In this document: piece by piece, positions 30,114 to 40,127 of the stretch | Layout of the letters: every line of letters starts with the position of its first letter | Numbering within the stretch: position 1 is the stretch's first letter | DNA from: Nostoc sp. DedSLP01 | GTDB lineage: Bacteria; Cyanobacteriota; Cyanobacteriia; Cyanobacteriales; Nostocaceae | Assembly (NCBI GenBank): GCA_034530875.2 | Contig: JAVRCJ020000029.1 | Span: forward strand, 29,910-93,909 | Reading direction: 5' to 3' | DNA length: 64,000 nt | Notes under the pieces: generated by a model | What the model was told of the DNA's origin: nothing | What the model saw: the letters and a program-made list of their open reading frames with translations, nothing else | Database searches by the model: none | Translations under genes and position numbers: made by a program

Positions 30114-30605
30114 TTAATTTTTTCGCAGATTGCTAATTGACAAAAATATTTCATCATCAGCAATTTGGCTATCATAGTCAATATTAATTTGAGTTGGATA
30201 GCCGAGTACTGGGTCATATTGTACAGTCAAGTTTGCTGCTCTACGAATGAGTGCATCCCTGATGATATCAAAGAGTTTCGGAATTGTATTATATTGCCGA
30301 AATAGTTCTGGGTCGGCTGGCTGTTTAGTTTGTTTATAAGTAATCGAAGTTGTCATTCGATTATTAACTTTAATAATCACTGGTTCTGTGGCTTTAGGTA
30401 AACAATTGCAACTTCTAGTGAATTCATAGCGATAATTAGATATTCTTTGCTGTCTCCATAATTGGTGATAAATTTTAAATTTTTTCCAATTCAAGCTATT
30501 AGAATTTTGTGCTTGTACTATCTGTGTAGGAGGTACAGATATCGCGGGTGCATTCAAACCCAAAAATAGTAATAAGGAACTACTAATTGCAATTAGCGAT
30601 CGCAT
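30114..30605 (-). CDS. Secreted protein, DUF6174-like
   Basis: Signal peptide; W..Q.I.NYRY...RSCNC, YDPVLGYP..I.ID....IADDE. Confidence 0.7.
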   Translation of the reverse strand: MRSLIAISSSLLLFLGLNAPAISVPPTQIVQAQNSNSLNWKKFKIYHQLWRQQRISNYRYEFTRSCNCLPKATEPVIIKVNNRMTTSITYKQTKQPADPELFRQYNTIPKLFDIIRDALIRRAANLTVQYDPVLGYPTQINIDYDSQIADDEIFLSISNLRKN

Positions 30606-31480
30606 ATAAATCAAATCTCTTGTTAACTACAATTTTTCAGTTTAACGTGCTTCAAGATAGTTCTGAAAATCTTGAAATTATTTGTGACACTTAAAGCTGG
30701 CAGTACAAATTTTAACCTAATATAAGAAGATGTTAGAAAGGTATTTTTGGTAACATCAACGCTTTCCAAGCTAACCTCCGTAGCCTCCCTTGATTATCAG
30801 GAAACACGGATTTCAAATCCTCTCTCTGTAACGGAGAGTCATGGAAGCAAGATTTACAGTATACTTTGCGACTTTTCAAACATCCTCTCAGACTACCCAA
30901 AACAGCCACTAGCCGAACTACTACGGAGGAAATTGCAAAATATACTCTATAGTTTAAAACTAAGTGTATATAGAAACACAAATAAATTTAACAATTATTC
31001 GTTTCTTTAGTTAGAGGATAAATGAACTATTAAGCTGGTGTAATTTAACAATACGTAACAGCTTATCAACGCGCAAATTACTTGGAGTGATGGATGAGGT
31101 GCAAACAAAATCAAATCTCTTCACTCCTTTTTATCTTTTGTTATTACTCTCATCAAATAAAAATCAGAAATCTAGATTTTTGAACTACTAGAAGTAGGAC
31201 TTACGCACTGAAACCTGAAACATATAGCAGTTTTGATTTGTATGAGGTACAGAGTTAATGGTTTTGAGGCAGGAGGCAAAAGAAGAATTTCTGTATTCAA
31301 TGTTTCTAACCGCCCCTTTCGCGTTAAGTTGACACCAAGGCACATTGCCTCTACCCCAACCCAACAAGTTAAGCTTGCTGCGCTACTTATACATATTTTT
31401 ATTTTTTCAGAGTAAAAATTATTAGTCATTAGTCAAACTTTGTGGTATGGTGTCTGGTTGAACATAACCACTCAAGTTAA

Positions 31481-32224
31481 ATGATTTATCGCCGTAGATT
31501 GCCGAAATATCTCACTTTCGGCCCTTTATCGCTAGTATTAGCTGCTGCTTTTCCAATTGCTCAAGTTTTTGCCCAAACAACTATACAGTCATCTATTGCT
31601 AAAAGCGTGCCATTTTCATGCTCTGACAGTGAGGCAACTATTAAAAGTAAAAATGCCCCTAAAGTGACTGTTGGGCAAACAACTATCTACATTGGTTATC
31701 AGCAAGTATCATCTATAAACAAAGACCCTCGCATCATTAGTTTTCAGAATGGTGTCAAGAAATGGTGTCGCAGTGATTACGAAACAACAAATGATGATGG
31801 TACAGGCTACGGACTACTTTCGGATGGAGGCAAAGTTTTGTATGGCGTTTTCTCAGCCACTGGTAGCCAGACTGGTAATGATTTTCGACGCTTTAGTGTT
31901 GGCCGTTGGTTAGCTAGTTATGGAAGTGGTGGCGGCCCGAAAGTCGCAATCATCGCAAAAATTAATATAGACAATGGTGATGTTTACTATTCCACATTCC
32001 TGACTGCAAAAAAAGCTGACGATGGTAAAACTAACTCTTTAGTTATCACCGGGTTGTCATGGAATGGTTACAATTTGACTGTGAATGCAGATTCGTGGTG
32101 GACTCCGCGTCGCGCTAATACAAACTCTATGGTTTGTTCTGGTTCATCACCTTATAAATATACAGCCGTATTCACTGGAGATTTAACAAAGGTCAATTCA
32201 GCTTCAGCAGCTACATGTAGTTAA
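31481..32224 (+). CDS. Secreted hypothetical protein (beta-rich, Gly/Ser/Thr-rich, 4 Cys)
   Basis: 247 aa, signal peptide ending VFA-Q. Confidence 0.8.
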   Translation: MIYRRRLPKYLTFGPLSLVLAAAFPIAQVFAQTTIQSSIAKSVPFSCSDSEATIKSKNAPKVTVGQTTIYIGYQQVSSINKDPRIISFQNGVKKWCRSDYETTNDDGTGYGLLSDGGKVLYGVFSATGSQTGNDFRRFSVGRWLASYGSGGGPKVAIIAKINIDNGDVYYSTFLTAKKADDGKTNSLVITGLSWNGYNLTVNADSWWTPRRANTNSMVCSGSSPYKYTAVFTGDLTKVNSASAATCS

Positions 32225-32250
32225 AAGAAGCGGAGAAATTAAGTTTTTAC

Positions 32251-32331
32251 ACATTTAAATTGCATAATTAGGACAGGCAAGATGCCTATTGCATAAGAGT
32301 TTGATTTAATTTGATTATGCAATTTAGATGT
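32251..32331. mobile_element. Short inverted-repeat element
   Basis: ACATTTAAATTGCATAAT ... ATTATGCAATTTAGATGT (17/18). Confidence 0.55.
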
Positions 32332-32484
32332 TTTTTATTTAATTTAAGTTTGGCGATCGCACTCTGCACCACTTCATACTCGTTCGAGCGTACAATTATT
32401 GAAGAATAGTTTCAACTCGCTCTAACTTTTCGCTTTCTCGTTAGAGTATTCTAAATTCTATATTCTGAATTCCGACTCCTTATA

Positions 32485-32597
32485 TAGGACTCACATTTGA
32501 TTGCGTGAAAAAAATCAGTACATCCAGACAAAGCTTCTGTCCTACTCCCTACTCCCTGTTTACACAAGTAAATTCTCCAAATCAAACCGGATTCCTA
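32485..32597. mobile_element. TA-flanked MITE (TAGGA..C...TTTGATT / AATCAAACCGGATTCCTA ends)
   Basis: Imperfect 18-bp TIR, TA on both sides, homologous copy at 40128-40261. Confidence 0.75.
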
Positions 32598-32603
32598 TAG
32601 TTC

Positions 32604-33251
32604 ATGTCAACGAAAATCGCTACAATCAAATACGCTCTATCGCTGCATACTACCACTCCCGAATTAGGCATAGCAATTAGTAATTTTTCAGGTGATACTC
32701 GCTCTCAAGTTTGGAATTTGGGGCGGGATTTATCCAGCTTAATACATGAATATTTAATTGAATTTATCAAACCACAAACTTGGGCAGATTTGTCTTTTGT
32801 CGCAGTTGCAAAAGGGCCTGGCGGTTTTACTGGCACTCGAATTGGTGTTGTCATAGCTCGCACCTTGGGGCAACAATTAGATATTCCGGTGTTTGCAATT
32901 TCCACTTTGGCTGCGGTAGCTTGGTCAGAAGCAGCCAAAAGTGGAAATCCCAAACTTCTTGCTGTCCAAATGCCAGGACAACGAGGCCAAATTTTTGCTG
33001 CTATTTATCAGCTGATGCCAGATGCTTCTGGACTAATTGCCTTATTGCCAGATACAGTTATGACGCCAGAAGCATGGCAGGAAACTTTAGCTAATTGGAA
33101 TAGTAATTATCAGCTAATTCAAGCCGAGTCTGGGTTAGCTGCGACGGTAACCAGTATTTTGGAACTAGCTCAACTCGATTGGCAACAAGGCAAGTCTCCC
33201 AATTGGTCAGAAGCTTTGCCTTATTATGGACAACATCCAGTAGAAATTTAA
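32604..33251 (+). CDS. tsaB: tRNA t6A biosynthesis protein TsaB
   Basis: LHTTTPELG, VAKGPGGFTGTRIG, ISTLAA, ALPYY. Confidence 0.9.
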   Translation: MSTKIATIKYALSLHTTTPELGIAISNFSGDTRSQVWNLGRDLSSLIHEYLIEFIKPQTWADLSFVAVAKGPGGFTGTRIGVVIARTLGQQLDIPVFAISTLAAVAWSEAAKSGNPKLLAVQMPGQRGQIFAAIYQLMPDASGLIALLPDTVMTPEAWQETLANWNSNYQLIQAESGLAATVTSILELAQLDWQQGKSPNWSEALPYYGQHPVEI

Positions 33252-33377
33252 CAATAAAGAATTCACAAGTCAGGAGTCAGAATTCAGATGATTCTGATTC
33301 CTGAATTCTGAATTCTGTTAGCGCAGCAGAGGTTAGCCCATTCTGTATTCTTATTCAACACAATTCAGCTACAAAAT

Positions 33378-33587
33378 TTACTCATCTAATAAACTCATTA
33401 ATGCTTGTAACTCAGAGTCCGGTGCTTCTGATAACTGAAGTCGTAACTCTAACAATTGAGTCTCTAATGCTGTAATTACATTCACCATATTAGATTCTTG
33501 TGCAATTTTTAGCTGAGTTTCTTTGATTCTAAGTTTTCTCAGCAGTTCGTCTACACCAGACATCGAATCATAATCTTGAGAAATCAT
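33378..33587 (-). CDS. Small coiled-coil hypothetical protein
   Basis: 69 aa from ATG 33587; the track start at 33638 abuts a repeat. Confidence 0.6.
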   Translation of the reverse strand: MISQDYDSMSGVDELLRKLRIKETQLKIAQESNMVNVITALETQLLELRLQLSEAPDSELQALMSLLDE

Positions 33588-33637
33588 AGCCTTACACCTA
33601 CTAGAAATTACAGGAGTAAAGTTAAACTTGCTACTCA

Positions 33638-33907
33638 TACCATTTCACTTTAAAAATGATATGCGTAGGCAAGCAGAGGGAGTCTACGGTGTACACACAA
33701 GTCTTCTAGAGTTGCGCCGCAGACTTTAGATCCCCCCAACCCCCCCTTGGAAAGGGGGGCAAAAATCTCTCAAAGTCCTCCTTTTTAAGGAGGATTTAGG
33801 AGGATCTACGAGGATTTTGGTTTCCTACAGAGATGTGCGTACACCGTAGGCAGAGGGAGCAGAGGAACAGAGGAAGTGATTTGTATCAGTAATTTCGTGA
33901 ATTGGTA
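33638..33907. mobile_element. Outer MITE-like element (TACCATTTCAC...GTGAATTGGTA) hosting a nested MITE
   Basis: 11-bp imperfect TIR; uninterrupted sibling of its right part at 53608-53664. Confidence 0.65.
33684..33849. mobile_element. 166-bp MITE with CTACGGTGTACACACA TIR and 10-11 bp target duplication
   Basis: TIR 15/16; flanks GCAGAGGGAG(T) at 33673 and GCAGAGGGAG(C) at 33850; internal G/C hairpins. Confidence 0.85.
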
Positions 33908-34408
33908 TCACACATTGTCTCGCATCTTTTTAAGTGAAAATTGTACATGCTCTTGGCACAGACTTGTCATCAAGGTGATTTTTTTTAGCAAAAGTAGTAT
34001 TACACGCAAATAAACAAGGTAGTTGATTATATTGCTTAATGGTGATTAAGTTATAAAAGTTGTTCGGAAAACTGGTATTTGCGATCGCACCACTGCTTGC
34101 TAAAATTCTCAAGAGCTGGTTAAGCGTCATCAGACATTTTTGTTGATGTTTTACCTAAATTTGGCAACTGTTATAGTATAAAAAATATGAACTAAATGAA
34201 AAAACAGTTATATTTACTTAGAAAAATCGTGTGAATTATGCTAGTAAACCACACAATTAAGTTATATCTAACTTCAGACTGCTAGCGAACAGCGAAGTAA
34301 GGTTATTTTTATGGCTAGTAATGCCATCTCCAGCATCATTTTTTATAATGTCCTGCTTGCAAAAAAAATAGTCGAATGAAAATTAAGTACTGAATCAGGA
34401 GGAGTGAA

Positions 34409-34846
34409 ATGGGACTTAACGAAGGACTTTTGAACCCAAATAAAAAAGCTATGGTCGTAGAAGACTGCTGCAACATGATCGAAACCCAAGTTGCATCCAA
34501 GTCAGGTATCAGTGGTATGGCTCTCAAAGCTGCTTTCGGAGCTTTAAAGGGAGTCAAGCCTGGATACATTCCTTATGCTGTCGAGCAACTTTTACCTCAG
34601 TGCTTGACTGCAATCGATCCCATCTGGAATGAAGGCATCCAGAAAGGCGACCCAGTAGGATATGTGATTGCGAATTCTTCAAACACAGCAGACGCACTCT
34701 TAGGTGTAACTGACGCGAGACTCAAAACTGTCAAACGTCAAATTGTGCGAGGAACTTATGAAAAACTTCGCGGTTCCGCCAAAAAACACGTCGAAGAGGC
34801 GATACCAGACTTAGCCAATATTATCGACAAGCATACTAAGGGATGA
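34409..34846 (+). CDS. DUF6918-like protein
   Basis: AGGAG SD; KSGISGMALKAAF..LKG.KPGYI, ADALLGVTDAR, YEKLRGSAKKHVEEAIP. Confidence 0.75.
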   Translation: MGLNEGLLNPNKKAMVVEDCCNMIETQVASKSGISGMALKAAFGALKGVKPGYIPYAVEQLLPQCLTAIDPIWNEGIQKGDPVGYVIANSSNTADALLGVTDARLKTVKRQIVRGTYEKLRGSAKKHVEEAIPDLANIIDKHTKG

Positions 34847-34913
34847 GGGAGTAAAAAGGCAGGGGGAGCAGAGGAGGCAGAGGAGGCAGGGGGAGAAAAT
34901 AACTCCTAACTTT

Positions 34914-34943
34914 TGTACAGACGCGATTAATCGCGTCTCTACT
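34914..34943. repeat. GTAG REP-like palindrome overlapping the kinase stop
   Basis: GTACAGACGCGATTAATCGCGTCTCTAC. Confidence 0.7.
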
Positions 34944-37900
34944 CAGCACTTCTACCAGTCAAATTAGCAATTACTTTGACTAATTCTTCTGGTTCTACGG
35001 GTTTGGATATGTGTTTTTGAAAGCCTGATTCGAGTGCTTGTTGCTGGTTGATTTCGCCTGCATAAGCAGTCAAAGCGATCGCCACAGTCTTTTTTTCGTG
35101 CTGTGCTTGTAATGCTTTGACTTGGCGCATCAGCATGTAGCCGTCTGTTTGTGGCATCCCGATATCACTCACGAGAATATCTGGTTTTGAGTTTGCCAAA
35201 GCTTGTAGTGCTTCCAAAGCAGATGCAGCAGCAGCCACTTTTGCTCCAGCTTGTTCTAGGACGAATGTGTGGAATTCACGCGTATCTGCGTCATCGTCCA
35301 CAACTAAGATTTCAATGCCTGTAAGAATTTCATCGGCGGAAGCAGTATTGGAAGTAGCAATATTGATGTCTTGTTTTACGGCTAAATCTTTTTTGATTAA
35401 CGGTAGCCTGACGGTAAAAGTAGCTCCTTTGTCTTCACCTAAACTTTCAGCCCAAATCGTTCCCCCGTGTAGTTCTATCAAATGCCGGACAATTGCTAAA
35501 CCTAACCCCAAGCCACCAAACTTTCGGGTTGTTGTACTGTCAGCTTGACGAAAATATTCAAACACATAAGGAAGGAATTCCCGGCTAATCCCTTTACCTG
35601 TGTCTTTAACAAGAATCTCAGCTTGAGTGCCAATGCGCTGGAGCTGAATCTCAATCTCTCCTCCTTCAGGAGTAAATTTAACAGCATTCGATAACAAATT
35701 CCAGACTACTTGTTGCAAACGGCTGGAATCGCCCAAAACGTGCCCTACAGAAGCATCGAACTTTTTCTGAATTTGAATATTTTTAGCCTCTGCCGCCAGC
35801 CGCACTGTCTCCAATGCTGCATCAATGACAAACACTAAATCGATAGGAAACATGTTGAGGCTGAGTTTGCCTTGTAAGATGCGAGACACATCAAGCAAAT
35901 CTTCAATGAGTTGAGCTTGTAATTTAGCATTACGCTCAATGGTGGCGATCGCTTTTTTGAGTCCGGCTTGGTCAAAGTTACGGGTTTGCAACAGACTTGC
36001 CCAACCCAGAATCGGGTTCAGGGGCGATCGCAATTCATGGGATAGTACTGCTAAAAACTCATCTTTGATGCGGTTGGCTTTTTCTGCTTCGGTTCTAGCA
36101 GCTTGCTCTAGTTGCAGAATGCGATCGCGTTCTGACTCTGCTGCTTTGCGTTCGCTAATATCAATACACGAGCCGATATAGCCTAAAAACTCTCCTTCGG
36201 CAGTAAACCTGGGTACACCTACATCAAAAATCCAGCGGTATTGTCCATCAAAGCGCCTGAGTCGATATTCCATTTGAAACCCTTGACGGGCATCAAAGGC
36301 ATTTACATAAGTATCTAAGCAGTATTGTAAATCCTCTGGATGCACTCCTTGAGTCCAACCATTGTCCATTTCTTGCTCTATAGTTCGCCCAGTGAAATTA
36401 AGCCAAGTCTTGTTAAAATAATTACTCAACTTATTAGTTCCAGACATCCAAATCAGCGTCGGGGCTGCATCTGCCATTAGTCGAAAGCGTTCTTCACTCT
36501 CGCGTAGTGCCTCTTCAGCTTGTTTGCGCAAGCGTAGTTCCTCGTAGATATCACTGACATCGCTAACAAATATTGATACTCCTTCCTCAAAGGGATAGAT
36601 GCGATTTTCAAACCAGCGATTCCATCTAGGATAAAAGTATTCAAAGCGAACAACCGTCTGTTCGGCGAGCGATCGGCGAACTTGGATATCAAATTCTGTT
36701 CCCACTAAATCTGGAAACATTTCCCAAATGCTCTTACCTAGCAACTGTTCCCTAGAAAAGCCAACAACTTCTGCTACCCGCTGATTGACAAAGGTGTAGC
36801 GCCACTGGCTATCTAAGACAAAGAATTGGTCTTGAATACCAGCTAAAACTCTCTCCAGATGTGCTTTTGCCACCTCAGCTTCAATTCGCAGCTCTTGCTC
36901 GCGTTCCATTGCATCCTGTCTCAGACGAGCCATTTTTAAAGCTGCTTCTACCCGTGTCAATAATTCCCGAGCAGAGAACGGTTTAATTAGGTAATCATCA
37001 GCTCCGGCTTCTAAACCCTCTACCCGTGCCTCTTCTCCTGCCCGTGCCGACAGCAAAATGATGGGAATATTTCTCGTGTGCGAATCCGCCCGTAATGCTT
37101 GCAGCAATCCGAAGCCATCTAACAAAGGCATCATCACATCCGTCAGTACCAAGTCTGGCAGACGCCTTTGAACAGAATCCAAAGCAGCTAAACCATTTGG
37201 CACTGCTTCCACTTCATATTGCTGACTTAACAACCGCTTGACATAATCGCGCATATCAGCATTGTCATCAGCGAGGAGAATGCGGTATGTTGGGGATTGG
37301 GGATTAGGGATTAGGGATTGGGAAAACTCTTCACTTGTTACCTTGTCCCCAGTCCCTAGTCCCCAGTCCCCAGTCCCCTCCTGTGGTAGCCAACGTAGAG
37401 CTTCTTCTAAATAGGGTGCGGCACCCAATGCAGTTGAACTTAAAGTGCGAGTCGCACTAATGCGGTCTGAAGGTAAATGAGCGTACCCCGTAGGAATTGA
37501 TACACTAAAGCAGCTGCCCGATCCTAAGACACTAGTCACCTGGACTGTTCCACTATGCATTTTTACCAGTTCTTGCACTAGTGACAAGCCAATTCCAGAG
37601 CCTTCAAAAGTTCGTCCTTGCGCTCCTTTAACGCGGTGAAATCGTTCAAACAAATGGGGCATTTCTGCTGCGGGAATCCCAATTCCTGTATCGCGCACCG
37701 AGAGTTCCACGAAAGAGGACGCGGAGAGTGTTTGTGATAAATTCCCCTTGTCCTCCGAAGTTTGGATCCGAGGAAGCCTCGGCTCCAACTTCTCTCCTTG
37801 TCCTCCGAAGTTTGGATCCGAGGAAGCCTCTCTTCGAGACGCTACGCGAACGGCTCCAACTTCTCTCCTTGTCCCTTTGTCCTCCTTCTCCACCCACTGC

Positions 37901-39381
37901 AAACTCACCATAATCTCTCCTTTCAAGGTGAATTTGAATGCATTAGATAGTAGGTTAAAAACAATTTTTTCCCACATCTGGCGATCTACATATATTGGTG
38001 CTGGTAAAGGAGGACAATTAACTGATAACTGCATTCCCGCCCGTTCGATCGCTGAACGAAAAACACTAGCTAGTTCGGCAGTAAACATAGCAAGGTCGGT
38101 GGGTTCGTAGGAAGCTTGAACCCTTCCAGCTTCAATACGCGAGAAGTCTAGCAGACTGTTGACTAGTTTCAATAAGCGCAGTCCATTGCGTTGTACCATT
38201 TTTAACTGCTGTTGTTCGTTGGCTGGTAGCAGATTGGCACAATTGGCTATGGTTTCCTCTAATGGCCCCAACATCAGAGTTAATGGGGTACGGAACTCGT
38301 GGCTGACGTTGCTAAAAAAGAGAGTTTTGGCGCGATCGATTTCTGCTAAAGCTTCGGCGCGTTTGCGTTCTTGTTCGTAAGCTTGAGCGTTGCCAATGCT
38401 AGCTGCAATTTGAGCCGCAACTAGTTCGATGAATCCTCTATAATTTTCATCGAACAGCCTGAAGGGATTTAAGCCAGCAATTAAGATGCCTGCTTTGCCT
38501 GTTTGGCCTGATGGGGCGATGGGTACGGCTACGGCTTGATGTGGGCATCGCTCCCACACACCACAAGGCAAGCTGCCAAAATCTGCTGCTAAAAGATCGA
38601 CTAGTTTTGTTTGATGCGTTGCCATGACTTCGGCAAAAGGCCAAACTGCATCGGCATCGAGAGCAATTTTTTCTGGAACTGCAATGTGGTTTGGCTGAAT
38701 GCGGCATCTTCCAGCCAGGAAAACTTGCTGTTCCTCTGGTTCGACCAAATAAATCATTGCAAAGGGTAAGTCGTAAGGGTTGGTTTCCAGACAACTCGCA
38801 CTTAGGGTACAGGCTTCATCGAATGTCCGTGCATCTGCTGTCCTGGTTGCTAACTCCCGTAAAAGTTTTAACTGCCGTTCGCTGATGATGCGTTGCGTGT
38901 CGTCTGTGTTGGCACAAATGATCCCGCCTGTGTCACCCTCATCATTGGGAACCGGACTATAAGAAAAAGTGTAATAAGTTTCCTCTGGATAGCCGTTGCG
39001 CTCCATAATCAGCAGTAGCGCTTCGTCGTAAGTACCTTCATTCTTGAGCATCGCTGATTCTGCTCGCGGCCCGACTTGATCCCAAATCTCCCGCCACACT
39101 TGTGAAGCTGGCTGGCCGAGTGCTTCTGGATGTTTGCCACCAATAATAGCTTTGTAAGGGTCGTTGTAAAGGTTAATCAGTTCCTCGCCCCACCAGACAA
39201 ACATCGCTTGACGAGAAGTGAGCATAATCCGCACCGCAGTTTTCAAACTCTGCGGCCAATGCTGTGTTGGACCAAGGGAAGTTTTCGACCAGTCCATTTC
39301 TCGCATTCGCGCACCCATTTCACCACCACCGAGAAGAAAATTGCCGTCGGCGTTGCTTGCTGACGATGACTGGTTTTTCAT
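34939..39381 (-). CDS. Double hybrid histidine kinase (PAS-GAF-HisKA-HATPase-REC-PAS-PAS-HisKA-HATPase-REC)
   Basis: Two H boxes (VSHEFRTPL, LSHELRSPL), two HATPase and two REC domains; DWSKTSLGP..HWPQSL N-terminus; GAGG SD before ATG 39381. Confidence 0.95.
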   Translation of the reverse strand: MKNQSSSASNADGNFLLGGGEMGARMREMDWSKTSLGPTQHWPQSLKTAVRIMLTSRQAMFVWWGEELINLYNDPYKAIIGGKHPEALGQPASQVWREIWDQVGPRAESAMLKNEGTYDEALLLIMERNGYPEETYYTFSYSPVPNDEGDTGGIICANTDDTQRIISERQLKLLRELATRTADARTFDEACTLSASCLETNPYDLPFAMIYLVEPEEQQVFLAGRCRIQPNHIAVPEKIALDADAVWPFAEVMATHQTKLVDLLAADFGSLPCGVWERCPHQAVAVPIAPSGQTGKAGILIAGLNPFRLFDENYRGFIELVAAQIAASIGNAQAYEQERKRAEALAEIDRAKTLFFSNVSHEFRTPLTLMLGPLEETIANCANLLPANEQQQLKMVQRNGLRLLKLVNSLLDFSRIEAGRVQASYEPTDLAMFTAELASVFRSAIERAGMQLSVNCPPLPAPIYVDRQMWEKIVFNLLSNAFKFTLKGEIMVSLQWVEKEDKGTRREVGAVRVASRREASSDPNFGGQGEKLEPRLPRIQTSEDKGNLSQTLSASSFVELSVRDTGIGIPAAEMPHLFERFHRVKGAQGRTFEGSGIGLSLVQELVKMHSGTVQVTSVLGSGSCFSVSIPTGYAHLPSDRISATRTLSSTALGAAPYLEEALRWLPQEGTGDWGLGTGDKVTSEEFSQSLIPNPQSPTYRILLADDNADMRDYVKRLLSQQYEVEAVPNGLAALDSVQRRLPDLVLTDVMMPLLDGFGLLQALRADSHTRNIPIILLSARAGEEARVEGLEAGADDYLIKPFSARELLTRVEAALKMARLRQDAMEREQELRIEAEVAKAHLERVLAGIQDQFFVLDSQWRYTFVNQRVAEVVGFSREQLLGKSIWEMFPDLVGTEFDIQVRRSLAEQTVVRFEYFYPRWNRWFENRIYPFEEGVSIFVSDVSDIYEELRLRKQAEEALRESEERFRLMADAAPTLIWMSGTNKLSNYFNKTWLNFTGRTIEQEMDNGWTQGVHPEDLQYCLDTYVNAFDARQGFQMEYRLRRFDGQYRWIFDVGVPRFTAEGEFLGYIGSCIDISERKAAESERDRILQLEQAARTEAEKANRIKDEFLAVLSHELRSPLNPILGWASLLQTRNFDQAGLKKAIATIERNAKLQAQLIEDLLDVSRILQGKLSLNMFPIDLVFVIDAALETVRLAAEAKNIQIQKKFDASVGHVLGDSSRLQQVVWNLLSNAVKFTPEGGEIEIQLQRIGTQAEILVKDTGKGISREFLPYVFEYFRQADSTTTRKFGGLGLGLAIVRHLIELHGGTIWAESLGEDKGATFTVRLPLIKKDLAVKQDINIATSNTASADEILTGIEILVVDDDADTREFHTFVLEQAGAKVAAAASALEALQALANSKPDILVSDIGMPQTDGYMLMRQVKALQAQHEKKTVAIALTAYAGEINQQQALESGFQKHISKPVEPEELVKVIANLTGRSAE

Positions 39382-39697
39382 TGCTTCCTCTCGATTAGTC
39401 ATGGTTCGGGTAAAAAACACTACAGTTTTGATGAAAAGTGTAGGGAACCCATAATTAGAAATTAGGGGTTTCAGCTAAAGATGTCGTATTTCTTGCACTA
39501 CGCGGCTCAAACTACATCTTTTTCTATACTTAAAAGCTCTTTCTTATATCCAAATATTCGGGGCGATTTTCTTCACTTACACCCCACATCCGCCCCAAAA
39601 GGTTCGATTATCTCCTACTGAAAATCTTTTTCTGCTTTATAACTTACCGAACCATTACTGAGTAAGTGTTTTCAGAACTTAGCACTATACAAAAAGT

Positions 39698-39955
39698 CTA
39701 ATTTTCTTGTGTTGAGTATGTTGCTTGAAGAATTTTACCGCGATCGCCTAACTCATCGAGTAAGGCACTAATACGCTGCATTGCCAAAGGAGAAGGTGTT
39801 GCGCGTCCATTTTCCCAACGGTTAATTGTGGGAAAAGTGACACCAAACTCAACAGCAAATTTTTCTTGAGACAGATTTAATTCCTGTCGTAGGGCACGAA
39901 CTAGTTTGCCAATATTGGGTTGTTTGGCTACAAGCTGACTTCTAGTGTGAAGCAT
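39698..39955 (-). CDS. Xre HTH regulator
   Basis: LVRALRQELNLSQEKFAVEFGVTFPTINRWENGRATPS. Confidence 0.9.
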   Translation of the reverse strand: MLHTRSQLVAKQPNIGKLVRALRQELNLSQEKFAVEFGVTFPTINRWENGRATPSPLAMQRISALLDELGDRGKILQATYSTQEN

Positions 39956-40127
39956 ATAAATCAAACTTCATAAAGCTCTATATAGCTAATGTTTTACGGT
40001 AGAGTGTTGTTTTCCGTCTATTATTCTTTAGATAGAGATCGTAATGATTTCAAAAGTTTCTGAGTTTTTGAATTAACTATTAAGACTTTTAGTTGATTTT
40101 TGCGAACTTAGGTAAATTTTTTTCCTA

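Noticed and set aside
30733..31429. Four short ORFs of 60-87 aa
   Set aside because: They have no recognisable motifs or SD and overlap decayed repeat ends (GACTTTTCAAACATCCTCT, TAGGACTTACGCA, AAGTTGACACCAA).
37746..37866. Mini CRISPR array (35-bp repeat twice)
   Set aside because: The intervening sequences are themselves duplicated, the tract is inside a CDS, and there are no cas genes.
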